A stretch of 64,000 nucleotides of DNA from assembly GCA_963699175.1 (NCBI GenBank), contig OY969418.1, positions 7,325,352-7,389,351 on the forward strand, written 5' to 3'. Under the pieces are notes generated by a model. The model ran no database searches and was not told the origin of the DNA. It saw nothing but the letters and a program-made list of their open reading frames with translations. Shown here piece after piece: positions 1-8,376 of the stretch. The stretch comes from an uncultured Acidobacteriota bacterium (GTDB lineage: Bacteria; Acidobacteriota; Blastocatellia; RBC074). The position numbers and the translations under genes are program-made. Positions within the stretch are counted from its first letter, which is position 1. Each line of letters begins with the position of its first letter.

Positions 1-303
1 TTATTGTCACTTATTTTCGCTCCCATGATACTCGCAGTTGCGCTCACCACTTGCTCGCTCTGTGCTCTTTCTGCTTTTTGTAGTTGAATCGCTTGCCGTG
101 TTCGTGTACAGTGCGAAATGAAAAAGGCCACATAGGCTTCTGGTTTGCGTCATTTGCCTAGTGACCTTGTTTCGGAAAGCGAGGTGAAAGTCATGAGAAG
201 ATGACTGCGCCCCTCGAAAGGGCGAGGGGGCGGCGAAAGCCGCCCCCAGACACTACGCTTCTTTAGTTTTATAGCATAACCCCTAGCCTTTTGAAAGGTA
301 ATT

Positions 304-801
304 ATGGAAAACAGTGATAACCACCAAGATGTCATAGATCACGGCCCCTATCTCGCCAGCCTGGAGGAAAAGCTTGCCAATGTTGAAGCTGACCGGCTTG
401 CGTTAGAAGCTAGGGAGGCTGCATTAAGAAGGTCAATAGCATCAATCAGGGAGTTAGTTGCACTAGAGTCTGGGGCGGTTACGTTCGCTCCTTCGGATGA
501 CGTAATCATTCCCAAGCGCCATTTCAAGGGGCTACCCCTAATAGATGCGATTGAGAAATATATAAGGATGAATAAAACGGGCCGTACTGCCCGACAGGTA
601 GCCGATGCGTTAAGGCAAGGCGGAGTGGATTCAAAATCTAAATTCTTTGTAGCGAATGTCCGCACCGCACTAAAGCGCCAAGGGTCATCGCATGGAATTG
701 TTCGCCGTGGGAATACATATTGGCTTGCTGAATGGCCGAATACACCTAAAGAGCAAGAGGCGGACAAGCACGAAGAAGGAGGGGCAGAGGACGAGGCTTA
801 A
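304..801 (+). CDS. hypothetical protein (coiled-coil N-terminal region, basic C-terminal region)
   Basis: ORF track 165 aa. No catalytic motif recognised. Lies immediately upstream of the tRNA-like gene and IS1. Confidence 0.4.
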   Translation: MENSDNHQDVIDHGPYLASLEEKLANVEADRLALEAREAALRRSIASIRELVALESGAVTFAPSDDVIIPKRHFKGLPLIDAIEKYIRMNKTGRTARQVADALRQGGVDSKSKFFVANVRTALKRQGSSHGIVRRGNTYWLAEWPNTPKEQEADKHEEGGAEDEA

Positions 802-951
802 AGTAACTTAAATAAATTGAGCCTGCCGTAGCAGCGGCAGGCTCATCTCCCAGTTAGTCAGACTAGGAGAGGTTTAAAACCTAAAGTGACTTTAGCAGCC
901 AATTCCAAAAAAATCAAGATTTCCTTGTATGGTATCCCGGATATTAACTTA

Positions 952-1041
952 GGCGCGTTGGTCGAGCGGTCGAAGGCGACCCCCTGGCAGGGGGGAGAGG
1001 CCTAGTCAGCCTCCACGTGGGTTCGAATCCCTCACGCGCCT
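952..1041 (+). tRNA. class II (long variable arm) tRNA-like gene, isotype uncertain
   Basis: 7-bp acceptor stem GGCGCGT/ACGCGCC. D-loop GAGCGGTCGAA almost identical to bacterial tRNA-Ser. T-loop GGGTTCGAATCCC. Variable-arm stem GAGGC/GCCTC. Anticodon loop reads CTGGCAG (apparent anticodon GGC). A:G mismatch at the base of the anticodon stem and a U:U in the T-stem. T-run follows. Confidence 0.6.
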
Positions 1042-1171
1042 CTTTTAGCCTCCCTTGTCACTCTCCCTAAATAGGCTTCGTGCGCTCTCATTGCCTCGTT
1101 TTTACTTGACTTTGCATAGGCGCTCAAGCATAATGTCACCTGTGTTGCTATTGAATATCTGAGGTGATTAT

Positions 1172-2119
1172 ATGAACTGCCCACACTGCGAAAGCGACCA
1201 GACAAAGCGATTCGGCAAAGACCGCAAAGGCAATCAGCGTTTCCGTTGCCTAGCTTGTGGCAAGACCTTTCAGCCCGAACGCGACAAGCCGCTTGGTGAG
1301 ATGACGCTGGCGTTGGATAAGGCAGAAGCCGTGTTGCGCCTCTTGGTCGAAGGTTGCAGCATCCGCACGACTGAGCGCATCACTGGCGTTCACAAAAATA
1401 CAATCTTCAGTTTGCTTGAAACGGTTGGCGAGAAGTGCGCGATTCTGTTGGCTGAGAAGATTCAGAACGTGCGCGTGTCTCAAGTTCAATGCGATGAAAT
1501 TTGGGGCTTTGTCGAGATGAAGGAAAAGACCAAAAAGAATAAGCCTAACGCCAACGATACGGCGGGCGATGCTTGGTGCTATATCGCAATCGAGCGCACT
1601 AGCAAGCTGATTCTCGCTTGGCACTTGGGCAAGCGCACAATGCAAGACACGGTGCAATTCACAGAGAATCTAGCGCACGCCACCACTGGCAACTTTCAAA
1701 TCAACTGTGATGGTTTCCCCTGCTACAAAGAAGCGATTGAATTCAGCTTTGGCGCAGATGTGGACTTCGCGCAGATCGTCAAGATTTTCGGTTTGCCCGA
1801 AGGTGACGAGCGCCGCTACTCGCTGCCGGTAGTGACAGGCGTTAAGAAGGTGGTAGTGTCGGGCAGTCCTGATTTAGAGACTGCAACCACGAGCCACGTT
1901 GAAAGGCAAAACTTGACCGTCAGAATGCAGATGCGGAGAATGACTAGATTGACCAACGCCTTCAGCAAGAAATTTATCAATCTGCGGTATGCCTACGCGC
2001 TGCACTTTTTCCACTACAACTTTATCCGTGTGCATTCGTCGTTGCGCTGTACACCCGCGATGGAAGCGAAGCTGAGCAATCACATTTGGACGTGGAAAGA
2101 ACTGATAGGTTCGTTGTAA
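1172..2119 (+). mobile_element. IS1-family transposase (single fused InsAB-like ORF, 315 aa)
   Basis: N-terminal Zn-finger CPHC...CLAC. QCDEIWGFV matches the IS1 InsB DEMWS/GYV motif. C-terminal SHVERQNLTVRMQMRRMTRLTNAFSKK...HFFHYNFIRVH matches the IS1 InsB ERHNLxLRQ...LxRKTLxFSKS...HYN region. Confidence 0.8.
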
Positions 2120-2178
2120 TATTGATTCATCTCAAACAAGAAACCTCAATTAGTAACTAGCCCAACATAGGAGGATTT

Positions 2179-2319
2179 ATGGCAAAAAGCGGAGTAACAT
2201 CTAAGAGGGTAGCCAAGGCAGCGGCAGGATTATTGCGCAGCAAGAAGACTCCCAAGAAAGTCAAAGCTGTAGCAGCCTCTGCGCTGCGGCAAGCCAAGAG
2301 ACGAACAAAGAAGAAATAG
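2179..2319 (+). CDS. small lysine-rich hypothetical protein (46 aa)
   Basis: Not in ORF track (under 60 aa). ATG at 2179 preceded by strong SD TAGGAGGATTT. Translates MAKSGVTSKRVAKAAAGLLRSKKTPKKVKAVAASALRQAKRRTKKK. Confidence 0.35.
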   Translation: MAKSGVTSKRVAKAAAGLLRSKKTPKKVKAVAASALRQAKRRTKKK

Positions 2320-2322
2320 CTA

Positions 2323-2589
2323 TTATTTCTTTGCCGTCTTCAACGTTTTGATTGAGGCGATAGAGCACACTGGAATGGAAAGGCTACCGCAGCCTTGATG
2401 AATAGCTGCGCCTTCAGGGTGGGAAAGGTTAGCCATAAGCAGAATGGCTTCTTTCGTCTTGCGGACAAGCCAGCCAACGGAGTGGCAGACAATCGGTGTT
2501 GGCGCGTCTATTTCGTCAACCGGTTGCCAATCTATATTTCTGCCAGAGTCCAACCATTCCACTAAAACTAAATCGAAAGGCTGTTTCAT
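2323..2589 (-). CDS. hypothetical protein (88 aa)
   Basis: ORF track. AGGAAT SD-like sequence before ATG. Starts 18 nt downstream of the preceding minus-strand gene in the same frame (two-gene operon). Confidence 0.4.
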   Translation of the reverse strand: MKQPFDLVLVEWLDSGRNIDWQPVDEIDAPTPIVCHSVGWLVRKTKEAILLMANLSHPEGAAIHQGCGSLSIPVCSIASIKTLKTAKK

Positions 2590-2607
2590 ATTCCTAGCAA
2601 CACAACT

Positions 2608-3027
2608 TTAGCCCACTACCTTCTTTTCTACCTCCTTCGCACCATGCTTATCCTTGTGATCTTTGAATGCTGCCGCAAACTTCTCAATCGTCTTTTTGGC
2701 ATCACTCGCACGGTACGGTTCGCTCTGTTGGCCTATCGAGTATTTGCATTGAACAATGACAACCGAACTTGACTCGCTAAATGTCGGGTGTTTCCCAAAG
2801 TACAGTGTAAGGTCGGCAATCTCGACTGTTTTCGCCGATACCCTTGCTTGGTCAGCAGGCGCGAGGCCTTCAACGGCAATTCCCACAAATTCATCTGTTG
2901 GCATGACGAGTTGAAGCGACTTGCGTGCTGCCCAAGCCTCATGAAACTCGTGACCATCACGGGAAGCTCTTACTTTGTCAATTCGCGAGCGGTTGTTTTT
3001 CATTCTGAATAATAAATGGCAAAACAA
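2608..3027 (-). CDS. hypothetical protein (139 aa)
   Basis: ORF track. No recognisable motifs. Start may be at a downstream Met. Confidence 0.4.
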   Translation of the reverse strand: MFCHLLFRMKNNRSRIDKVRASRDGHEFHEAWAARKSLQLVMPTDEFVGIAVEGLAPADQARVSAKTVEIADLTLYFGKHPTFSESSSVVIVQCKYSIGQQSEPYRASDAKKTIEKFAAAFKDHKDKHGAKEVEKKVVG

Positions 3028-3139
3028 GAGGCGGTTTGTAATTGCTCAAGCGCCTGCGCCGTCTTCCCGCGTTGTAGTTCCAGCGCCGCGTGAACGGCTG
3101 GCAGCCAGGTCGAGTTGAGCAAGCCATCCTTCCGCGCGT

Positions 3140-4327
3140 CTACAACTCCACCTTTTCCGCGCCCACCAAGTTCGCCAGCCGCATCAACGCTTCCTCCAAT
3201 TTTTTCCGGCGGGCCTTGGTTACTTTAACCGCCGGTTCCCAATACACCTTCCGCACTTCCAAGGTGCCGCGTTCCCGTTGAAACTTGGGATCAATGCGTC
3301 CGACCAATTGATCGCCTTCGAGGATCGGCAGCACGTAATAGCCATATCGCCGCTGCGGTTCTGGTACGAAAGCTTCAAAGCGATAATCGAAACCGAACAA
3401 TCTGGCCACGCGGGCGCGATCTCGGATGACGGGATCAAACGGCGAGAGCAAGCGCATCCGGTCAGGCGCGACGGGCAGTTTGCGCAACCGCGTTCGCCAA
3501 TTGCTGAGTGCAAAGCTGGCGCGCGGCTGCTCGTCATTCATTGTCGCAACTGTCACAGGCACAATTTCTCCGGACTTCGCTGCTTGCTCACACCATTGCC
3601 GCGCTTGCGCGAGCGTGACGGCATGCCAGAAATCAGCGATTTCTTTTGGTGTCGCCAACACTAAGCGCTCGAACGCCGTGCGGCACGCCCATTCGATATG
3701 TTCGGCTTCGGTTGGCGGGGCCAGAGTGGTCACTGCAGGCAAGACACGTTCGGTCAGGTCATACACCTTTTGAAACTTTTCCCGCCGCGCCACCATCAGT
3801 TCGCCCGTGAACCACAGATATTCGAGCGCGGTTTTTTGCGGCTTCCAATCCCACCAGCCAGCGCGCGCGCCCTGGCGGTCATGCTCGAAATCCTGTGAAC
3901 GCAGCGGCCCTTCGCGTGCGATGCGTTCACGCACGTGTGCCACGGTTTTCTCCGGCTGCGCGCCCATCCGCGGCCCCCACCATCTGTCTCGCAGCCTCGT
4001 TTCATAGCGCGCAAACCGCGGCTTCCAATGCGCAAACCAAGCCGTCGGAACCGCCGCCGCGTCGTGCGTCCAATGCTCAAACAGATGCCGGTTTTTTTCG
4101 AGCAGGTAAGTGAAATGTTCGTGACGATAACCGTCGAGCCGGCTGCCCAGCGTGAGATGGTGGGCACGCTCGACATAGTTGATCGAGTCCATTTGCACGA
4201 AGCCCATTTGCTCAATCAATCGGGCCAGCGTCGTGCGTGTGGCTTTGCGCGTGGGGTCAGCCAGTAAGCCCTGCGCGCCCAGAAATAAGCGGCGGGCGGC
4301 TTCAGTTGAAATCACGGGAGCGTTCAT
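3140..4327 (-). CDS. ycaQ: YcaQ/AlkZ-like winged-helix DNA glycosylase family protein (DUF1006-like)
   Basis: 395 aa. Overall resemblance to the YcaQ family (multiple W-rich wHTH segments, conserved C-terminal RYGYYVLP...GRID). ATG lies 2 nt after the hutU stop. Confidence 0.55.
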   Translation of the reverse strand: MNAPVISTEAARRLFLGAQGLLADPTRKATRTTLARLIEQMGFVQMDSINYVERAHHLTLGSRLDGYRHEHFTYLLEKNRHLFEHWTHDAAAVPTAWFAHWKPRFARYETRLRDRWWGPRMGAQPEKTVAHVRERIAREGPLRSQDFEHDRQGARAGWWDWKPQKTALEYLWFTGELMVARREKFQKVYDLTERVLPAVTTLAPPTEAEHIEWACRTAFERLVLATPKEIADFWHAVTLAQARQWCEQAAKSGEIVPVTVATMNDEQPRASFALSNWRTRLRKLPVAPDRMRLLSPFDPVIRDRARVARLFGFDYRFEAFVPEPQRRYGYYVLPILEGDQLVGRIDPKFQRERGTLEVRKVYWEPAVKVTKARRKKLEEALMRLANLVGAEKVEL

Positions 4328-4329
4328 CT

Positions 4330-5988
4330 TTATGTTTCCGCCATTGGCACTTTGACGTTGTGCGCTTGCGCTTCTTCGAGCGCCTGTTCGTACCCGGCGT
4401 CAACGTGCCGAATGATGCCCATGCCCGGATCGGTCGTTAGCACACGCCGCAGCCTTCTGGCCGCTCCCTCTGTGCCATCGGCCACCACGACCATTCCTGC
4501 GTGCAGCGAATAGCCAATGCCCACGCCGCCGCCATTGTGCACCGAGACCCACGAAGCGCCAGCCGCCGTGTTCAGCAAAGCATTCAAAATTGGCCAATCG
4601 CCAATCGCATCCGATCCATCGAGCATCGCTTCGGTTTCGCGGTATGGTGACGCGACCGAGCCGGAATCCAAATGATCGCGCCCGATCACAAGCGGCGCTT
4701 CGACTTCACCTTTCCGCACCAACTCATTCAACGCCTCGCCAAAGGTCGCGCGGTCACCATAACCGAGCCAGCAGACGCGCGCGGGCAATCCTTGAAAATG
4801 CACACGCTCACGCGCCAGCTTCAGCCAGCGTTCCAGAATCGGATCGTCGGGGAACAACTCCTGCGCCAGATCATCAGTCTTGCGAATGTCGTTGGGATTG
4901 CCCGAGAGCGCCACCCAGCGGAACGGCCCGCGCCCTTCGCAAAAGAGCGGGCGAATGTATTCCGGCACAAAGCCGGGAATTTCAAAAGCGTCGTCAACGC
5001 CCCCCTTTTGCGCCTGCGCGCGAATATTGTTGCCGTAATCAAAAGTCACCGCGCCCATTCGTTTCAAATCCAACATCGCCTGCACGTGCTTGGCCATCGC
5101 CGCCAGCGAACGTTTAATGTATTCGTCAGGATTCTCGCGGCGCAGCCGTAAAGCTTCATCCAGCGTCATCCCATTCGGCACATAGCCGTTCAACGCATCG
5201 TGCGCGCTTGTCTGATCGGTCAACACGTCGGGCACAATGCCGCGCCGCACCAACTCCGGCAACACGTCGGCACAATTGCCGACCAAGCCAACCGACAACG
5301 CGCGCCCTTGCCGCTGTGCTTCATTCAACTGCCGCAATGCATCATCCAAGTCATAACTGATCGCATCGCAATAGCCCGTCTGAATGCGTTTCTCGATTCG
5401 TGCCGGATCAACGTCAATGCCCAAAAAACACGCGCCATTCATCGTCGCGGCCAATGGCTGCGCGCCGCCCATCCCGCCCATTCCGCCCGACACGACCAAC
5501 TTGCCGTTGAGCGATCCACCAGCATTGGCGAAATGTTTTGCGCCCACTGCCGCGAATGTTTCAAACGTACCTTGAATGATTCCTTGTGAACCGATGTAGA
5601 TCCACGACCCGGCGGTCATCTGGCCGTACATCGTCAAGCCCAGCCGTTCCAGCCGATGAAACTCCTGCCAATTCGACCACTGGCCGACTAGATTGGAATT
5701 AGCGATCAATACGCGCGGCGCGTCTTCGTGCGTGCGAAAGATGCCGACCGGCTTACCCGATTGCACCAGCAGCGTCTCGTCGTTTTCGAGCGATTGCAGC
5801 GAACGCACGATGGCGTCAAAGGCTTGCCAGTTGCGCGCCGCTTTGCCCGTGCCGCCGTAGACGACCAACTCATCGGGCCGCTCGGCAACTTCCGGGTCGA
5901 GGTTGTTCATCAACATTCTGAGCGCGGCTTCCTGCACCCAGCCTTTACAACTGATTTGGGTTCCGCGTGGCGCTTTGATGGTTCGCAT
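4330..5988 (-). CDS. hutU: urocanate hydratase
   Basis: 552 aa. [13 protein letters not shown]-binding motif. Typical urocanase N-terminus [10 protein letters not shown]. Confidence 0.95.
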   Translation of the reverse strand: MRTIKAPRGTQISCKGWVQEAALRMLMNNLDPEVAERPDELVVYGGTGKAARNWQAFDAIVRSLQSLENDETLLVQSGKPVGIFRTHEDAPRVLIANSNLVGQWSNWQEFHRLERLGLTMYGQMTAGSWIYIGSQGIIQGTFETFAAVGAKHFANAGGSLNGKLVVSGGMGGMGGAQPLAATMNGACFLGIDVDPARIEKRIQTGYCDAISYDLDDALRQLNEAQRQGRALSVGLVGNCADVLPELVRRGIVPDVLTDQTSAHDALNGYVPNGMTLDEALRLRRENPDEYIKRSLAAMAKHVQAMLDLKRMGAVTFDYGNNIRAQAQKGGVDDAFEIPGFVPEYIRPLFCEGRGPFRWVALSGNPNDIRKTDDLAQELFPDDPILERWLKLARERVHFQGLPARVCWLGYGDRATFGEALNELVRKGEVEAPLVIGRDHLDSGSVASPYRETEAMLDGSDAIGDWPILNALLNTAAGASWVSVHNGGGVGIGYSLHAGMVVVADGTEGAARRLRRVLTTDPGMGIIRHVDAGYEQALEEAQAHNVKVPMAET

Positions 5989-6111
5989 AATTCAGCTTGG
6001 TTTTAATGCCAAAACGTCAAGGACGCCAGCAGGAATCAAGAAAACACAATTCGTCTGACGCATCTCGGATTACTGGACGTTGAGGTTAATTTACCGTTCT
6101 TGGCGTTTCAA

Positions 6112-7608
6112 TCATATAGTCCCCAACGTTGACACCAACGGCACGAGCGCTTCGATATAGCCCGACAATTGTACATCCTGCTCAATCGCCGGGACACGCT
6201 CGCGCACTTTGGCATAAACCTCCTGCAACTTCGGCCCCGGTTTGAGCGGCTTCAAAAACTCCAAGCCCTGCGCCGCGCAGAGCAACTCAATCGCCAACAC
6301 CGTCTCGACGTGCCGCACGATCTGCGCGAATTTGAGCGCCGCCGTCATCCCCATTGAAACGTGATCTTCTTTGTTCGCCGAAGTCGGCAGCGTGAAAACT
6401 GAGGCCGGATGCGCCAACACGTTGTTTTCGGCAATCAACGCTGCCGCCGTCACCTGCGCAATCATCAAGCCGGAATTCGTCCCCGGATTTGGTGACAGAA
6501 ACGCTGGCAAGCCCGACAGATCAGGATTGACCAGCCGTTCGACGCGCCGTTCGGAGATTGTCGCCAGATCGGCAATCGCCACCGCCGCGTAATCGAGCGC
6601 GAGCGAAACCGGCTCGCCGTGAAAATTGCCGCCCGACAAAACTTCGCCCGCTTCAGCAAAGACGAGTGGGTTGTCGGTCGCGCTGTTGACCTCGATCTCG
6701 ATGATCTGCTTGGTGTGCGCCAGCGCACCGCGCACCGCGCCGTGCACCTGCGGCATGCAGCGCAAGGCGTAAGCATCTTGCACACGTGGGTCACTTGCCC
6801 GATCGCGGTGCGATTCCCGAATCTCGCTGCCCGCGATCAATTCGCGCAAGCGCCGCGCGCTCGCTTGTTGACCAGCGTGCGGGCGCACGGCGTGAATCTT
6901 TTCGTCAAACGCGACGGGCGTCCCGCGCAAGGCTTCGAGCGTCAGCGCGCCAATCACATCCGCCGCCGCCGCTAATTTCTCCGCCGTCAGCAATGCCAAT
7001 CCGCCCACTGCCGTCATCCCTTGCGTGCCGTTGAGCAAAGCCAAGCCCTCTTTTGCTTCCAACTGCAACGGCGTGATGCCAGCGCGCCGCAACGCCTCAC
7101 CGCCCGGCAAACGTTCGCCTTGATAAAACGCCTCACCCTCGCCAATCGTCACCAGCGCCAGATGCGCCAGCGGCGCCAGATCACCCGACGCGCCCACCGA
7201 CCCGCGCGACGGAATTACCGGATGCACACTCGCGTTCAACAGCGCCAGCAAAGTTTCGATCACCACCGCACGGCAACCCGAAAAACCCTTCGCCAACACA
7301 TTCGCCCGGTGCAATAGCATCGCGCGCACGACTGACTCGGGCAGGGCTTCGCCCACGCCGCACGCGTGCGAGCGCACTAGATTGAGCTGCAAGGTGCGCA
7401 ACTCCTCCGGCGCGATGACCATCTCCGACAATTTACCGAAGCCGGTGTTGATGCCATAGACGACTTCGCCGCGCTCGACGAGCTGTTCGACAAAGCGGCG
7501 GGCTTGTCCGACGCGGGCGAGGGCTGCGGTTGCTAGCATCGCTTGTTCGCCAGCGGCGATTGCGGCGGTTTGGGCGAGGGTGAGTGAATTGCCGTCGAGT
7601 TCGATCAT
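6112..7608 (-). CDS. hutH: histidine ammonia-lyase
   Basis: 498 aa. ASG triad in GSVGASGDLAPLAHLA (MIO cofactor motif). Confidence 0.95.
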   Translation of the reverse strand: MIELDGNSLTLAQTAAIAAGEQAMLATAALARVGQARRFVEQLVERGEVVYGINTGFGKLSEMVIAPEELRTLQLNLVRSHACGVGEALPESVVRAMLLHRANVLAKGFSGCRAVVIETLLALLNASVHPVIPSRGSVGASGDLAPLAHLALVTIGEGEAFYQGERLPGGEALRRAGITPLQLEAKEGLALLNGTQGMTAVGGLALLTAEKLAAAADVIGALTLEALRGTPVAFDEKIHAVRPHAGQQASARRLRELIAGSEIRESHRDRASDPRVQDAYALRCMPQVHGAVRGALAHTKQIIEIEVNSATDNPLVFAEAGEVLSGGNFHGEPVSLALDYAAVAIADLATISERRVERLVNPDLSGLPAFLSPNPGTNSGLMIAQVTAAALIAENNVLAHPASVFTLPTSANKEDHVSMGMTAALKFAQIVRHVETVLAIELLCAAQGLEFLKPLKPGPKLQEVYAKVRERVPAIEQDVQLSGYIEALVPLVSTLGTI

Positions 7609-7675
7609 TGCTGCGCTTCAAGGCGGTAGATTGGGAGCATCAACGCTGGTAAACAGAATTAGCTGTTGAATTGCC

Positions 7676-7999
7676 TTACGCCGCACGTTTTGTGCCAATC
7701 ATCAATTGCATGCCGAGCGCATCCAGCAATGCCGCTACGTTCGCCAGCTTGGGATTAGCGCGGGCGGACAAAGCGCGTACAAGGCTCTGCCGGTCTAATT
7801 GTGTTTTCGCCGCCAAGTCATCCAAACCGTAAGCCTCGGCCACGTCGCGCAGCGCCAGCACGAAAGCGGCTTGATCGCCTTCCGCCAACACCGCGTTCAA
7901 ATAGCCAGCGGCTTCTTGCGGGTTGCGCAGCGAGGCTAGCAGGTAATCGCGATAGCTCACCGTCAAACTGTTCCGCTTGTCTTTCTTTTTACTCATCAC
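7676..7999 (-). CDS. addiction-module antidote protein (HigA-like antitoxin)
   Basis: 107 aa. Family-typical LNAVLAEGD...LALRDVAEAYG. Overlaps the upstream toxin gene by 11 nt. Confidence 0.75.
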   Translation of the reverse strand: MMSKKKDKRNSLTVSYRDYLLASLRNPQEAAGYLNAVLAEGDQAAFVLALRDVAEAYGLDDLAAKTQLDRQSLVRALSARANPKLANVAALLDALGMQLMIGTKRAA

Positions 8000-8339
8000 G
8001 CATCACCTTCTTTTGCTTTTGATATTCCTGCCAGTAAGACTTGGCGCGTTTGATGTCCGCTGCTTGCGTGCGTTTATCGCCGCCGCAGAGCAGCACTATG
8101 ATGCGCACGCCATCCTGCCCAAAGTAAACGCGATAGCCGGGGCCATAGTCAATCCGCAACTCCGACACGCCCTCACCAACCGCTTTGGCATCGCCCGGAT
8201 TGCCTGCGCGCACACGCGCCAAGCGCGCGTTAATGCGAAAGCGGGCCTCAGCATCTCTGAGCGCCTTCAACCACACCATGAAAGGAGCCGTGCCGTCTGG
8301 TTTGACGTAAGCCTCAATCTGTTTGATTTCAATCATCGT
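7989..8339 (-). CDS. addiction-module killer protein (RelE/HigB-like toxin)
   Basis: Start taken at the internal Met (MIEIKQIEAYV...), by codon arithmetic from the ORF track. C-terminal YRVYFGQDGVRIIVLLCGGDKRTQ is typical of the toxin family. Toxin-first order is as in HigBA. Confidence 0.75.
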   Translation of the reverse strand, partial: TMIEIKQIEAYVKPDGTAPFMVWLKALRDAEARFRINARLARVRAGNPGDAKAVGEGVSELRIDYGPGYRVYFGQDGVRIIVLLCGGDKRTQAADIKRAKSYWQEYQKQKKVMRDE

Positions 8340-8376
8340 GGCCTCTGGTTTCCAGGCAATGATAGAACGGCAAGTA

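Noticed and set aside
150-335. 61-aa minus-strand ORF at the window start
   Set aside because: Overlaps the GC-hairpin region and the start of ORF 304..801. No RBS. Translation is low complexity.
952-2600. Possible integrated prophage or genomic island at the tRNA
   Set aside because: Only an IS1 transposase and small hypotheticals follow the tRNA. No integrase, no direct repeat of the tRNA 3' end seen, and housekeeping hut genes resume within 3 kb.
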